Notes under the pieces: generated by a model
What the model saw: only the letters and a program-made list of their open reading frames with translations
Told to the model about the DNA's origin: nothing
Databases searched by the model: none
Part shown: positions 49,278 through 58,934 of the stretch, piece after piece
Layout of the letters: every line of letters begins with the position of its first letter
Position numbering within the stretch: position 1 is the stretch's first letter
Program-made: the position numbers and the translations under genes
DNA from: Actinomycetes bacterium
GTDB taxonomy: Bacteria > Actinomycetota > Acidimicrobiia > Acidimicrobiales > JAKAOS01
Direction: 5' to 3'
Assembly (NCBI GenBank): GCA_021823165.1
Contig: JAKAOS010000002.1
Location: 1 to 60,168, forward strand
DNA: 60,168 bases

Positions 49278-50284
49278 TGGTGGCACCGGGCTTGGCCATA
49301 GACCTGGGGAGCGCCACGATCCGAATGCACGTGGCCCGTCGTGGCCTGGTGGTCCAGGAACCCTCCGTCGTGGCCGTGGATTCCCGGTCCGGGGGCGTTC
49401 TGGCGGTGGGTGAGGCAGCCCTGGCGATGATTGGGCGGACCCCTGGCTATGTGATCATGGAGCGGCCGGTGCGGGAGGGTGTCGTCGGCGACTTCGATCT
49501 CACCCAACAGCTCCTTCAGTACTTGCTAGCGCGAGGTGGGGTCGGAAGGTTCAGCCATGCCCGGGTCGTGGTGTGTGTTCCTCCCTCCAGCACGCCGCTC
49601 GAGCTGGAGGCCATGGAGCAGGGCTGCCTCAAAGCAGGGGCTTCGGAGGTGATGCTCCTCTCCTATCCCCTGGCCGGGGCGATCGGGGTCGGTCTGCGGC
49701 CATCCCAGGCCATGGGCCAACTCGTGCTGGACTTCGGTGCCGGACACTGCGAGGCGGCGCTTTTGTGCATGGGAACCGTTGTGACCAGAGCCGCTCTGCG
49801 AAAGGGCGGCGACACCCTCGACGCAGCGGTCTCGGAGTATCTTCGCTCCCGCTACGACCTGGCCGTTTTCCGAAGCGAAGCCGAGAGAATCCGTTCCTCC
49901 ATCGATGTTTCGACAAGCACCCCAGGCGGTGAGAGTTTGCGGGCCGAAGGACGGGATGCCCTCACGGGCGCACGACGTAGCCAGATCCTTGCCTCCTCGG
50001 AACTTTTGGAGGTCCTGGCTGGGGAGATGGCCGACATCGTCGGCGTGGTCGAACACTGCATCCAGGAATCTCCCGGGGACCTGGCGCCCGATCTGCTGTC
50101 AAGCGGCGGGGTGCTGCTGGGCGGTCTGGCCGCTCAGCGCGGGGTGGTGGATCTGGTAAGGGCTGCTTCCCCCGTTCCCATCAAGGTGGCGGAGGAGGCC
50201 CAGACGGCAGCCATCCGGGGCGCTGCGACATGCCTTGAGGAGTTTGACAGATGGCAGCGCGTTCTCGCTGCTGGCACCGTCTAG
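49277..50284 (+). CDS. Divergent MreB-like actin-fold protein
   Basis: ATG 49277. AIDLGSATIRM, VVQEPSVVAV, AMIGRTPGYVIMERPVREGVVGDFD and VVVCVPPSSTPLELEAM are colinear with MreB, but the phosphate-2 and adenosine motifs are degenerate. It lies within track ORF 48992..50284. Confidence 0.8.
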   Translation: MVAPGLAIDLGSATIRMHVARRGLVVQEPSVVAVDSRSGGVLAVGEAALAMIGRTPGYVIMERPVREGVVGDFDLTQQLLQYLLARGGVGRFSHARVVVCVPPSSTPLELEAMEQGCLKAGASEVMLLSYPLAGAIGVGLRPSQAMGQLVLDFGAGHCEAALLCMGTVVTRAALRKGGDTLDAAVSEYLRSRYDLAVFRSEAERIRSSIDVSTSTPGGESLRAEGRDALTGARRSQILASSELLEVLAGEMADIVGVVEHCIQESPGDLAPDLLSSGGVLLGGLAAQRGVVDLVRAASPVPIKVAEEAQTAAIRGAATCLEEFDRWQRVLAAGTV

Positions 50285-50333
50285 CGGCATTGGGGGCCCT
50301 GGAGATCGGGTGCTGGCCTCATCGGATCGGCAT

Positions 50334-50975
50334 CTAGGACCCCGGGGCCTCCTCCGCTGTGACCGTGGGGTCATGGGTCGCGTCGGCTTCTGTTAGATAC
50401 TCGGCGACCTGGCGCACCTGCCAGTCCCGGTCTTCAAGAGCCGCCTGGAGTGCGGCTTGCACCTGTGCGCCCTCGAAAGGAGCCAGGGCCAAAACGGCCC
50501 TTCTGCGAACCGTGGCCACGTCCTTGGTAGCTGCGAGGATCGCGTCGAGGCCCGCCTCGTCACCAATTGCCCCAAGGGCGGCTGCCGCAGCCTCCCTACA
50601 CATGGGATCGGAATGGCTTGTGCACATATCGCAGAGTTGTGCAACAGCTCCGGTTTCGCCCCGCTCTCCGCAGGCCCATGCTGCCATCTCGGCAACCAGG
50701 GGATCTGGATCGTCGAGCAGGTTGTCGATGGCCACATCGCCCATCGAGGCTGCCAGCTCTGCGGCCCGGCGTCGAACGCTGGGATCGGGATCCGTGCATG
50801 CCGCTTCCAGCTGGTCGGCCCCGAGGACCCCAAGCCTGGACAGGGTTCCGAGCGCCACCCGCCGCTGCTGGGGATCGGGGCTTCGGAGCGATGCCAGAGC
50901 CGGGCCGGCCTCGCCCTCGTGTCCTGCCAGGGCAACCCCGGCGGCGGATGCCACCTCGGCCGGGATCGCACTCAT
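50334..50975 (-). CDS. HEAT-repeat (PBS-lyase HEAT-like) protein
   Basis: Repeated DPDPxVRRxAAxALG-type units (DPDPSVRRRAAELAASMG, DPDPLVAEMAAWACGERG, DPMCREAAAAALGAIG, VRRRAVLALA, DWQVRQVAEYL). Confidence 0.75.
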   Translation of the reverse strand: MSAIPAEVASAAGVALAGHEGEAGPALASLRSPDPQQRRVALGTLSRLGVLGADQLEAACTDPDPSVRRRAAELAASMGDVAIDNLLDDPDPLVAEMAAWACGERGETGAVAQLCDMCTSHSDPMCREAAAAALGAIGDEAGLDAILAATKDVATVRRRAVLALAPFEGAQVQAALQAALEDRDWQVRQVAEYLTEADATHDPTVTAEEAPGS

Positions 50976-51265
50976 CGCGGTCTCTGCCGTTTGTGTGTGG
51001 CAAAGAGCGCTCGCGTGCTAGGGCTCATTGGTGCGGGGGGCCAGGGATAAAAGTGCTTTCTGACCACCTCCCTCAGTTTAGTCCCAGCAAGTGCCGTCAA
51101 GGGATGCCGGACAGATCGGAGCTTTGCCATCCACGCATACCGTTGCGGATTCTGGCAGGCTTGTGAACATGGCCGACGCCACGGTTTTCGCCCCTAGCCC
51201 GCCGTCTTTGAGACCCCTTTGAGACAGCTGGCACCCTCTGGATCCGCTGGCCGAAGGGAGCTGCG

Positions 51266-53929
51266 ATGAGCAGTCTTTCCGCGCAGCTGACGCTTGCCAC
51301 CCAGTTTGCTTCCTTCCTTGTAGCAGTCGCGGGTCTCGCGGTGGTGGGGGCGCAGAGGGGAATGCTGAGTGGGCGAACCTCCCGGCGGATTCTTCTTTCT
51401 GCTGGATTTGCGATGATGGCAGCGGCCTCCTTCTGGTATGGATCGTTTTTGCCTACGGGGACTGTCGGTCGAGCCGTCATGGCCCTGCGGGCCCTGGGCA
51501 CCCTTGCCCTGGCGCTCGGGAGCATGAGCCGCCATGGCGGCAGGCGGGTCTGGACCGCCGCTTCGACCCGGGCATGGTGGTGGCTCGGTCTTGGTTACCA
51601 GGGCGCCGCAATGGCCGTAGCGGTGGGGTGGGGGTCGACCATCGTGTCCTACGCCCTAGCGGACGTGGCGACGGCCTGCATTGCCGTGGCCCTGGCACAA
51701 GAGGGTCGCCGCGCGGTGGCATCCCGGGTTGCCACGGTGACCGGGGGGGCGCTTTTGGTCATGGTCCTGGTGGTGTCGCTCACCCTGTCGGCGCTGGTGG
51801 ATTCCAACGTGAAGGCCCAATCGCTGACGGACCTTGCCGGCTCTGCACGCCAGCGCGCCGCGGATATCCAGGCCCTTTCGGCGGATCGCCTTCAGGGCCC
51901 TTCCACCCTGCTGGTCCAGTTGGTGGAAAGCTATGTGGCCAACCGCTGTTCCGCCCCCACCAAAAGTTGTGTCAGCCAAGCGGTCCTTGCCTATGCGACG
52001 AAGTTCTTTCCGAGCTTTGGCGTGATGTGGGTCTCCTCCGATTCTGCTCCGGTGGTCAGCAGCCCCTCTTTGCTCCAATCGGTGGGAAGCGCTGGAGCCG
52101 GGAGCCTTGCCGCAGCGCCTGCGGTCCGCCAGGCGGTGTCCAAGGGGCGAGAGGTCGCCACCATCGTTCGGCTGCCGCAGCGCCTGATGGCCGTTTCGGT
52201 TGCGCCTGAGGTTTCGTCTTCGCCCATGTCTGCAAAGGGTGCCGCAGTTGTGACCCTGCCGCTGGGAAACAGTTTCCTGGCTACATCCCGACGTTCCCAG
52301 TCCGGTCGTTCGCTATCGCTTTGGTCGCCCTCGGCGTCTTTGGCAAGCAGTGGGCCCGAGCAGCCAAGCAACCTGGTGGCTCCGGCTGTGAACCTGGCCC
52401 TTTCCCGGCAGGAAGTGATAACCCGCCGGGCGGGAGCCTCTTATGTGGCGGTTGAACCGTTGTTTGGCTCCAATGGCCATCCGGTGGCTGCCCTGGTGGT
52501 GGCAGAGCCGCGCTCGGTGGTGGTCGGGTTGAGGGATTCCTTCTTGCGCAGGCTGTTCATGGCCGCCCTGGGAGGCACCACGCTGGCGCTGCTGCTCGCC
52601 GCCATGGTGGGTGACAGGGTGGGTATGAGCATGAGGCGCCTCACCGAGGCTGCCGAGGCCATCCAGGCCGGTGAGGGTGGGGTGCGAGCCGGGGTGGAGT
52701 CCGAAGACGAGGTCGGGCGCCTCGGAATGGCCTTTGATGCCATGTCGGCCTCCATCGAGGAGAAGGCCGATGCGCTGCGCAGGGCCGCTTTGGACGAGAG
52801 CCGCCTCAGGGGGAGGCTGGAAGAGGTCGTCGGAAACATGGGAGAGGCATTGGTCGCCGTGGATCGCGATGGCACGATCACCGACTTCAACCATGCCGCC
52901 GAGGAACTCTTCATGCACCAGGCCTCAGAGGCCCTGGGAAAGCCCTTTGCCTCGGTCGTCAGGGTTTCTCTTGTCCCCACCGCCGATGAATCAGGCGGCG
53001 GGATGCGCTCTGGCGCCAAAGCCGGCGCAAGACTCCTGGGTGACCTGATCGCATTCACAGCCTCGGTGAAGGGCCGGCGGAGCACGGTGGAAGGGGCCGT
53101 GGAGCGCGAAGAGGGAGAACCGGTGCCGGTTTCCTGCTCTGTTGGTGTGCTCTCCTCGGAGGAGGGGGTTGTCGCCGGCGGGTGGGTCGTGGTGTTCAGG
53201 GATCTTCGCAGGGAACGGGAGATCGAGCGCATGAAGACGCAGTTCCTTTCACGCATCAGCCACGAACTCAGGACCCCGCTGACCGGCATCATGGGGTTTG
53301 CCGACCTGCTCGTGCACCGTGAGGTACCCGCGGAGCACATGCGGGCCTGGCATGCACAAATCCTGGAGCAGGCCAAGAGAATCGCCAGAACCATCGAACT
53401 GTTGGAGTTCGTGGCCTCCACCGAGGCCGGGCGACCCACTTTGCACCCAGGCGACGTCGAGCTTTGTGAGATGGTCGGGGAGGTCGTGGACAAGTCCAAG
53501 CGCCGTTATCCCGAACGGCAGATCCTCGCTTCGATCCCATCGGGTCCGATGGTGGTGGTTGCCGACAGGCGATGGCTGGTGATGGCCCTGGGAGAGCTGA
53601 TCGATAACGCCGTCAAGTTTTCCGATCCCGCAAGCACCGTCGAGCTGGCGCTGGCCCAAGACGGAGAGGAGGTGATCCTGAGCGTGGCCGACTCGGGAAG
53701 TGGCATGGATGAACAGGTGCGCGCAGCGGCGTTCGGCTCATTCGAGCAGGGTGACGCCTCCGACACCCGTGTTGCGGGCGGTCTCGGTCTCGGGCTCGCA
53801 CTGGTGAGCCGGGTCGTTGCGGAACACGGTGGCCAGATCAGCTGTGAGTCCTCTCCCGGCCAAGGGTCTTTATTGGCCGTGCATCTTCCGAGGCGGGTCT
53901 CTGTGGCCGCATCGGCGCCTGAGCGGTGA
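51266..53929 (+). CDS. Sensor histidine kinase (multi-TM N-terminus, extracytoplasmic region, HAMP, PAS, HisKA, HATPase); no cognate response regulator nearby
   Basis: H-box FLSRISHELRTPLTGIMGF, N-box LIDNAVKFS, G-boxes DSGSGM and GGLGLGLALV. PAS region VGNMGEALVAVDRDGTITDFNHAAEELF. Confidence 0.9.
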   Translation: MSSLSAQLTLATQFASFLVAVAGLAVVGAQRGMLSGRTSRRILLSAGFAMMAAASFWYGSFLPTGTVGRAVMALRALGTLALALGSMSRHGGRRVWTAASTRAWWWLGLGYQGAAMAVAVGWGSTIVSYALADVATACIAVALAQEGRRAVASRVATVTGGALLVMVLVVSLTLSALVDSNVKAQSLTDLAGSARQRAADIQALSADRLQGPSTLLVQLVESYVANRCSAPTKSCVSQAVLAYATKFFPSFGVMWVSSDSAPVVSSPSLLQSVGSAGAGSLAAAPAVRQAVSKGREVATIVRLPQRLMAVSVAPEVSSSPMSAKGAAVVTLPLGNSFLATSRRSQSGRSLSLWSPSASLASSGPEQPSNLVAPAVNLALSRQEVITRRAGASYVAVEPLFGSNGHPVAALVVAEPRSVVVGLRDSFLRRLFMAALGGTTLALLLAAMVGDRVGMSMRRLTEAAEAIQAGEGGVRAGVESEDEVGRLGMAFDAMSASIEEKADALRRAALDESRLRGRLEEVVGNMGEALVAVDRDGTITDFNHAAEELFMHQASEALGKPFASVVRVSLVPTADESGGGMRSGAKAGARLLGDLIAFTASVKGRRSTVEGAVEREEGEPVPVSCSVGVLSSEEGVVAGGWVVVFRDLRREREIERMKTQFLSRISHELRTPLTGIMGFADLLVHREVPAEHMRAWHAQILEQAKRIARTIELLEFVASTEAGRPTLHPGDVELCEMVGEVVDKSKRRYPERQILASIPSGPMVVVADRRWLVMALGELIDNAVKFSDPASTVELALAQDGEEVILSVADSGSGMDEQVRAAAFGSFEQGDASDTRVAGGLGLGLALVSRVVAEHGGQISCESSPGQGSLLAVHLPRRVSVAASAPER

Positions 53930-54034
53930 CCAGGACGGCAGTTGTTCCTGGTGGCTGGCTTGCCGCCAGCTCCGCTTGTACCGCCTGGGTCCAATGACCA
54001 CCGCCGAGCCGCCACTGGCTTTAGGATTCCTCGG

Positions 54035-55783
54035 GTGACGAGCGAGACAGCACCGAACGACGCCGCTCGCAGCACCCCGGGCTTCCGGGTGGTGCGAAGA
54101 GGTTTCGAACCGGCAGAAGTCAGTTCCGTCCTTGGCCGCCTTCAGTCCGAGCTTTCTGCACTGCGGGCCGAGAGGGATTCGCTGGCGGGGGAGTTGAAAA
54201 TCCTGCGTTCGGGAGAACTGGACGAAGCCGAGATGGTCGAGCGCCTTGGTGAGGAGACCACCAGGGTGCTTCGTTCGGCTCACCAAGCGGCCCGCCAGGT
54301 GCGCGCCAGGGCAGAGGCCGATGCCGAAGAAATAATGGCCGACGCGTTGGCCGCCGCAGAGAATGCCCGGAGTGAGGCCGCATCAGTATTGGCGACGCGT
54401 GCCGAGGCGGCGGATGCCAAAGCCGCCGAGATCCTGAGAGAAGCGCACGCCCAAGCAAAGCGAATCGTGCAAGAGGCCGAGCGGCGAGGTTCGGAAATGC
54501 TCGCCGAGGCCGCGCTCAGATACGACGAGGCCGCCAAGGCTGTGGGGTTCGCGTCCGAGGCGAGGCTCCGCCTGCTCGATTCCTTCCGGCATGCCACTGC
54601 CCTGATTGGTGAAGCAGAGTCAGCCCTGCTGGCCGAGCAAATACCGCCTCCCCCCGGCATGGGGATCCCGGTTGGAAGTGGGGATGGGGCTATTGGCTCA
54701 CCGAATGCGGCTTCGCGTGATGTGGCGGTATCACCTGCTGTGTTGGACTCAGAGGAGCGGGAGGATTCCGGCGGTATGTCCAACTCCGCCGACGTTGAGT
54801 TCGCTCTCCGACCTCGGGGACACCTCGGCCCGGAGGAGGGTGGCGGCCAACAGGCACCCGGCCCGAAGGGCGATGACGGCTCAGATCTATCAGCGCAACC
54901 CACCCTGGCTCCGGCCGCCACTCCCGATGAGGCTGGCTCGGCTGCCTCCGACCGCCTCTACGACGGCATCAGAGCTGCCCGGCAGGGGCGGCGGCAGCCT
55001 CAGCCCTCACGTTCCCGTCCCGAGGGACAAAAGCCGTCGGCACCCGCCCATGCAACGGCGGAGCCAGAGTCGGCCAAGCCGGCCACGGTTGGTAACGCCG
55101 AGAGCGCGGCCAGGCCCGGCGCCTGGATCGTCTCCTCGGCGGTTGCCCGTCCTGCGGTGTGGCCAGAGTTGATGGAGCCGGTTGTCCAGGCGCTTTCCCG
55201 AAGGCTCAAGCGCGCCGGCCAGGACAGGCAGAATGCCTGGCTGGACACGCTGCGTCAGAGTAACAAGGAGGGGATCGCCGCCAAGGAGCTGCTTGGGGAC
55301 GACAAGCACTATCAAGGGGCTGTCTCGGCAGTCATAGCCAAGGGATGGGAAACGGCCCTGGCTGCCTGGGGAGGCGACCGCCCAGCTATCACACGGCGCA
55401 CCGAGTCGGTGGATGCCGTAGTTGCCAGCCTGGCATCCAGGACGGCCGCAGAGGTGGTCGAGGCTGCGGGACAGAACGCGCACTTTGCCAACTCCGCCGA
55501 AGGCACCGATGCCCTGAGCGGCGCTTTCCGGGAGTGGCGCAATCGTTACCTGGCCCCGGCGGTTGCGGACACGGTGCTTGAGGTCTTTGCATCAGCATTC
55601 ATTGCATCCATGCCCCAAGGCATGCGCCTCCGATGGGTGGCCAATGAGGGCTCCACGTGTCCCGAGTGCACCTCAAACGCCGTGGTGGCCCCCAGGGTGG
55701 CGGGAGACCCTTTCCCGACCGGGCATCGACACCCTCCGGCACACCGAGGTTGCCGCTGTGTCCTGCTCCCGCTGCCCACCTAG
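54035..55783 (+). CDS. DivIVA-domain / coiled-coil protein with a C-terminal Mu-F (SPP1 gp7)-like Cys/His motif
   Basis: FRVVRRGFEPAEVSSVLGRLQSEL (DivIVA N-terminal motif), then long Ala/Glu/Arg coiled coil, then a disordered Pro/Gly/Ser linker. The C-terminus is RLRWVANEGSTCPECTSN...PPAHRGCRCVLLPLP. The start is uncertain (GTG 54035; the track ORF starts at TTG 53942). Confidence 0.75.
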   Translation: MTSETAPNDAARSTPGFRVVRRGFEPAEVSSVLGRLQSELSALRAERDSLAGELKILRSGELDEAEMVERLGEETTRVLRSAHQAARQVRARAEADAEEIMADALAAAENARSEAASVLATRAEAADAKAAEILREAHAQAKRIVQEAERRGSEMLAEAALRYDEAAKAVGFASEARLRLLDSFRHATALIGEAESALLAEQIPPPPGMGIPVGSGDGAIGSPNAASRDVAVSPAVLDSEEREDSGGMSNSADVEFALRPRGHLGPEEGGGQQAPGPKGDDGSDLSAQPTLAPAATPDEAGSAASDRLYDGIRAARQGRRQPQPSRSRPEGQKPSAPAHATAEPESAKPATVGNAESAARPGAWIVSSAVARPAVWPELMEPVVQALSRRLKRAGQDRQNAWLDTLRQSNKEGIAAKELLGDDKHYQGAVSAVIAKGWETALAAWGGDRPAITRRTESVDAVVASLASRTAAEVVEAAGQNAHFANSAEGTDALSGAFREWRNRYLAPAVADTVLEVFASAFIASMPQGMRLRWVANEGSTCPECTSNAVVAPRVAGDPFPTGHRHPPAHRGCRCVLLPLPT

Positions 55784-55794
55784 GCTCCGGGGCA

Positions 55795-58722
55795 ATGCGC
55801 ATTCCGAAGGGCAGCGGGAAGCAACGGGGTTCCATCCGGGGACGTGTCGTTTTGGTTGTTGTGGCGGTATTCGCTTTCGCCGTACTCACGTCGTTGCACG
55901 GCATGGCGGTGCTCTATACGGATTTCCTGTGGTTCGAAAGTACCGGACTGGGGGGTGTATGGAGAACCCTGGCGATTACCAAGCTCGGTCTTTCCGCCGG
56001 ATTCTCACTCGCGTTCTTCGTTGTGTGCTGGGTGAACCTTTCGATTGCAGCCCGCTACTCCTCCATCCATGGGGTTCTTGCGCGTATTGATCCCTCTGTC
56101 CGGCCAATCCCGCTGCTTTCGCCTGCCTCGCGCTGGTTCAGGTTGATCATGTCCATTGGCCTCGCGCTGCTGGTCGGGGCGGGGGCTTCCAGCGAATGGC
56201 GCCAGTGGCTGCTTTTTACTCATGCCGTGGCTTTCCCTTGGAAAGACCCGCTGTTTCACCTCAATGCCTCGTTTTACGTATTCCGGCTGCCCTTTTTGAT
56301 TTTCCTGCTGGGATGGTCGGCCGCCGCTTTGATCGTTGTGGGTATTGCCGTGATCGCAGCCGGATTTTTGGGCGGGTCCATTCATCCCGCAGACGCGCAC
56401 ACGCCAGGAGCCAGGCACTGGCCCCGGGCCGAACGTGCTGTCAAGGCGCATCTTTCGGTCATTCTTGCCGGTGTGGCCCTACTCAAGGGATTCAGCTTCC
56501 TGCTGCGCCGCTACTCCCTGGTTTACTCCACGGCGGGATTCAGGCAGGGTGCCCTCTATTCCGACGTGCACGCCGCTTTGCCAGCACTCACCCTCATGGC
56601 CGTGGTTTCCATGCTGCTTGCCGTCCTTCTGCTGGTCAACCTGGCTATCAGAAGCGCACCGATGGCTTTTGTCGGGGTCGGAATCTGGGTGGCATTGTCG
56701 GTGATATTGGTGGGCATCTATCCGGCATTCGTCCAGCGCTTCGTCGTCCAACCGTCCCAGCTATCCACCGAGCTTCCCTACATAGGACGGAATATCCAGG
56801 CCACTCGTTACGCACTCGGTCTTTCGGGCGTGCATTCGGTGCCCTTCAAATATTCAAGGGCGGTGAGTCCAGCTACCGTTGCTCAGTCCAGCCAGAGCCT
56901 TGCCAGCACGAGGATCTGGGACCCCGCCACCTCTAACGTCACCTTTCAAAAGCTGCAGGACATCCGCGCCTATTACACCTTCAACGGGCTATCGGTCAAC
57001 AGGTATGTCATCGATGGAACCAAGACTCCGGTGCTCGTAGGAGTGAGAGAGCTCAACTCCTCCCAACTTCCCGCCAAGTCCTGGGTAAACGAGCATCTCC
57101 AGTTCACCCACGGCTACGGAGCCGTTGTGGCCATGGCGAACAAGGCGGCACCCGACGGCAATCCTTACTTTGTCATGCATGGCGTGCCTCAAAAGTCCAA
57201 AGGCGGCATGCCCACCCTCAAGCAACCGAGCGTCTATTTCGCCCTGAACCAGCCTGGCTATGTCATTGCGAACTCCAAGCAGGCGGAACTCGACTATCAA
57301 AGCCCGACGGGCGCCAGCAAGGAATCCCACTACGCAGGCAGTGGGGGAGTGCGACTTTCCTCGTCGTTGCGGCGGGCGGCCTTTGCTCTCCGCTTCGGAG
57401 ACCTGAACATCTTGATCTCCAACCAGATCACCTCTTCCTCGCGCATCATGTTCGTGCGCAGTATCCAGGCACGGGTTGCAAAGGCGGTCCCGTTCCTGAA
57501 GCTCGATTCCAACCCCTATCCGGTACTCCTGAAGGGCCAGCTCTACTGGGTACAGGATGCCTACACCACAACCTCGCACTTCCCATATGCACAGTCCCCC
57601 AACACCTCGAACCTCCCGCCCTCTTCGGGCCTGGCCAACGGGGGCTTCAACTATGTGAGGAACTCGGTGAAAGTCCTGGTCAATGCCTATAACGGCAAGA
57701 TGACCTTTTACGCGTGGAACTCCACTGATCCACTGCTCAAGTCATACGAGGCGGCTTTCCCCCATCTCTTCACCCCCGCCTCCCAGATGCCCCAGGCCCT
57801 GCGCTCTCAACTCCGCTACCCCTACGACCTTTTCTCGGTGCAGGCGGCGGCCTTTGGTCGCTACCACATCACCAACCCCGTCTCCTTCTACAACGCAGGT
57901 AATGCCTGGACCATCTCGGCGGATCCGAACGCAGGCGGATCGGCTTCGACTAACGCCTCGCCAAGTGCTGCAGCCTCATCCGTGCCCCGCATGCCACCGC
58001 AGTATGCGATGGTGCAGCTACCGGGTTCGACCCAGCCGCACCTGGTTCTCATGTCTCCCTTCGTGCCCCTGTCGAGCAACGATGTTCAACAGACGCTCAC
58101 AGCGTTTCTCACCGCGCGCGTCGGGAGCGGAACCCAGGGAAACCTGTCTGCCTTCGTGATGCCGAGCGGGAGCCAGATAGACGGACCCGACCTGGTGAAT
58201 GCAAAGATCAACGAGAACACCACCGTCTCGTCGGAGATAAGCCTCCTGGACCAACATGGCTCCGTTGTCCACCAGGGAACCGTGATGCTGGTGCCCGTGG
58301 GGAACTCAATTCTCTACGTAAGGCCGCTCTATGTCTCCTCCTCGCAGAACCCGCTTCCCGAGGTCAAAGAGGTCATCGCGGTATATGGCAACACAGTTGT
58401 CATGCAACCGACGCTCTCTGCGGCTTTGGATGCGGCATTGGGCACCAGTGGCATCGCTTCCCAGTCCTCGAACGGTGCAACGGTGACCAATCCTGCGGTG
58501 AACTCCCTGATACACCAGGCCAGTGCGGCTCTATCCAAGGCCCAGTCTTACCTGAGGAGCGGCAACCTTGCCGGCTACCAGGCGCAGGTGACGCTGGCTC
58601 AACAGATCCTGGCGCAGGTGGGGAGGGTGGAAAGCCACATATCTGCCCAAAAGTCTTCCAAGCCAGCATCGGCATCCCACCACAGCTCCGCGGCAGCGGC
58701 GAATGCGTCGAGTTCGGCTTGA
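55795..58722 (+). CDS. UPF0182-family large integral membrane protein
   Basis: ATG 55795. The N-terminus LYTDFLWFESTGLGGVWRT has ~7 TM helices and is followed by a ~650-aa extracytoplasmic domain (YYTFNGLSVNRY, HLQFTHGYG, LYWVQDAYTTT, LRYPYDLF). It lies within track ORF 55657..58722. Confidence 0.88.
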   Translation: MRIPKGSGKQRGSIRGRVVLVVVAVFAFAVLTSLHGMAVLYTDFLWFESTGLGGVWRTLAITKLGLSAGFSLAFFVVCWVNLSIAARYSSIHGVLARIDPSVRPIPLLSPASRWFRLIMSIGLALLVGAGASSEWRQWLLFTHAVAFPWKDPLFHLNASFYVFRLPFLIFLLGWSAAALIVVGIAVIAAGFLGGSIHPADAHTPGARHWPRAERAVKAHLSVILAGVALLKGFSFLLRRYSLVYSTAGFRQGALYSDVHAALPALTLMAVVSMLLAVLLLVNLAIRSAPMAFVGVGIWVALSVILVGIYPAFVQRFVVQPSQLSTELPYIGRNIQATRYALGLSGVHSVPFKYSRAVSPATVAQSSQSLASTRIWDPATSNVTFQKLQDIRAYYTFNGLSVNRYVIDGTKTPVLVGVRELNSSQLPAKSWVNEHLQFTHGYGAVVAMANKAAPDGNPYFVMHGVPQKSKGGMPTLKQPSVYFALNQPGYVIANSKQAELDYQSPTGASKESHYAGSGGVRLSSSLRRAAFALRFGDLNILISNQITSSSRIMFVRSIQARVAKAVPFLKLDSNPYPVLLKGQLYWVQDAYTTTSHFPYAQSPNTSNLPPSSGLANGGFNYVRNSVKVLVNAYNGKMTFYAWNSTDPLLKSYEAAFPHLFTPASQMPQALRSQLRYPYDLFSVQAAAFGRYHITNPVSFYNAGNAWTISADPNAGGSASTNASPSAAASSVPRMPPQYAMVQLPGSTQPHLVLMSPFVPLSSNDVQQTLTAFLTARVGSGTQGNLSAFVMPSGSQIDGPDLVNAKINENTTVSSEISLLDQHGSVVHQGTVMLVPVGNSILYVRPLYVSSSQNPLPEVKEVIAVYGNTVVMQPTLSAALDAALGTSGIASQSSNGATVTNPAVNSLIHQASAALSKAQSYLRSGNLAGYQAQVTLAQQILAQVGRVESHISAQKSSKPASASHHSSAAAANASSSA

Positions 58723-58746
58723 TGCCCGCTATATTGAACAACGCAG

Positions 58747-58823
<77 letters not shown>

Positions 58824-58839
58824 GAGAAAGTGCAGGTCA

Positions 58840-58867
58840 GGGCCGGTGCGCAAGCACCGGCCCTTCT
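58840..58867 (+). terminator. Strong hairpin (10-bp perfect stem, GCAA loop) after the tRNA, followed by a weak T-tract
   Basis: GGGCCGGTGC-gcaa-GCACCGGCCC then ttct. Read directly. Confidence 0.55.
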
Positions 58868-58934
58868 GCTGCCCCGGACCGCGTCCCACCGGATTCTCAC
58901 CAATCCCGTCACATCCCACCGCTACGATGCGGAC

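Noticed and set aside
50976-51265. Small ORF (17 codons from ATG 51169) or ncRNA in the 290-nt HEAT / kinase divergent region
   Set aside because: There is no Shine-Dalgarno sequence, no recognisable structure and no motif. The region is most simply two divergent promoters.
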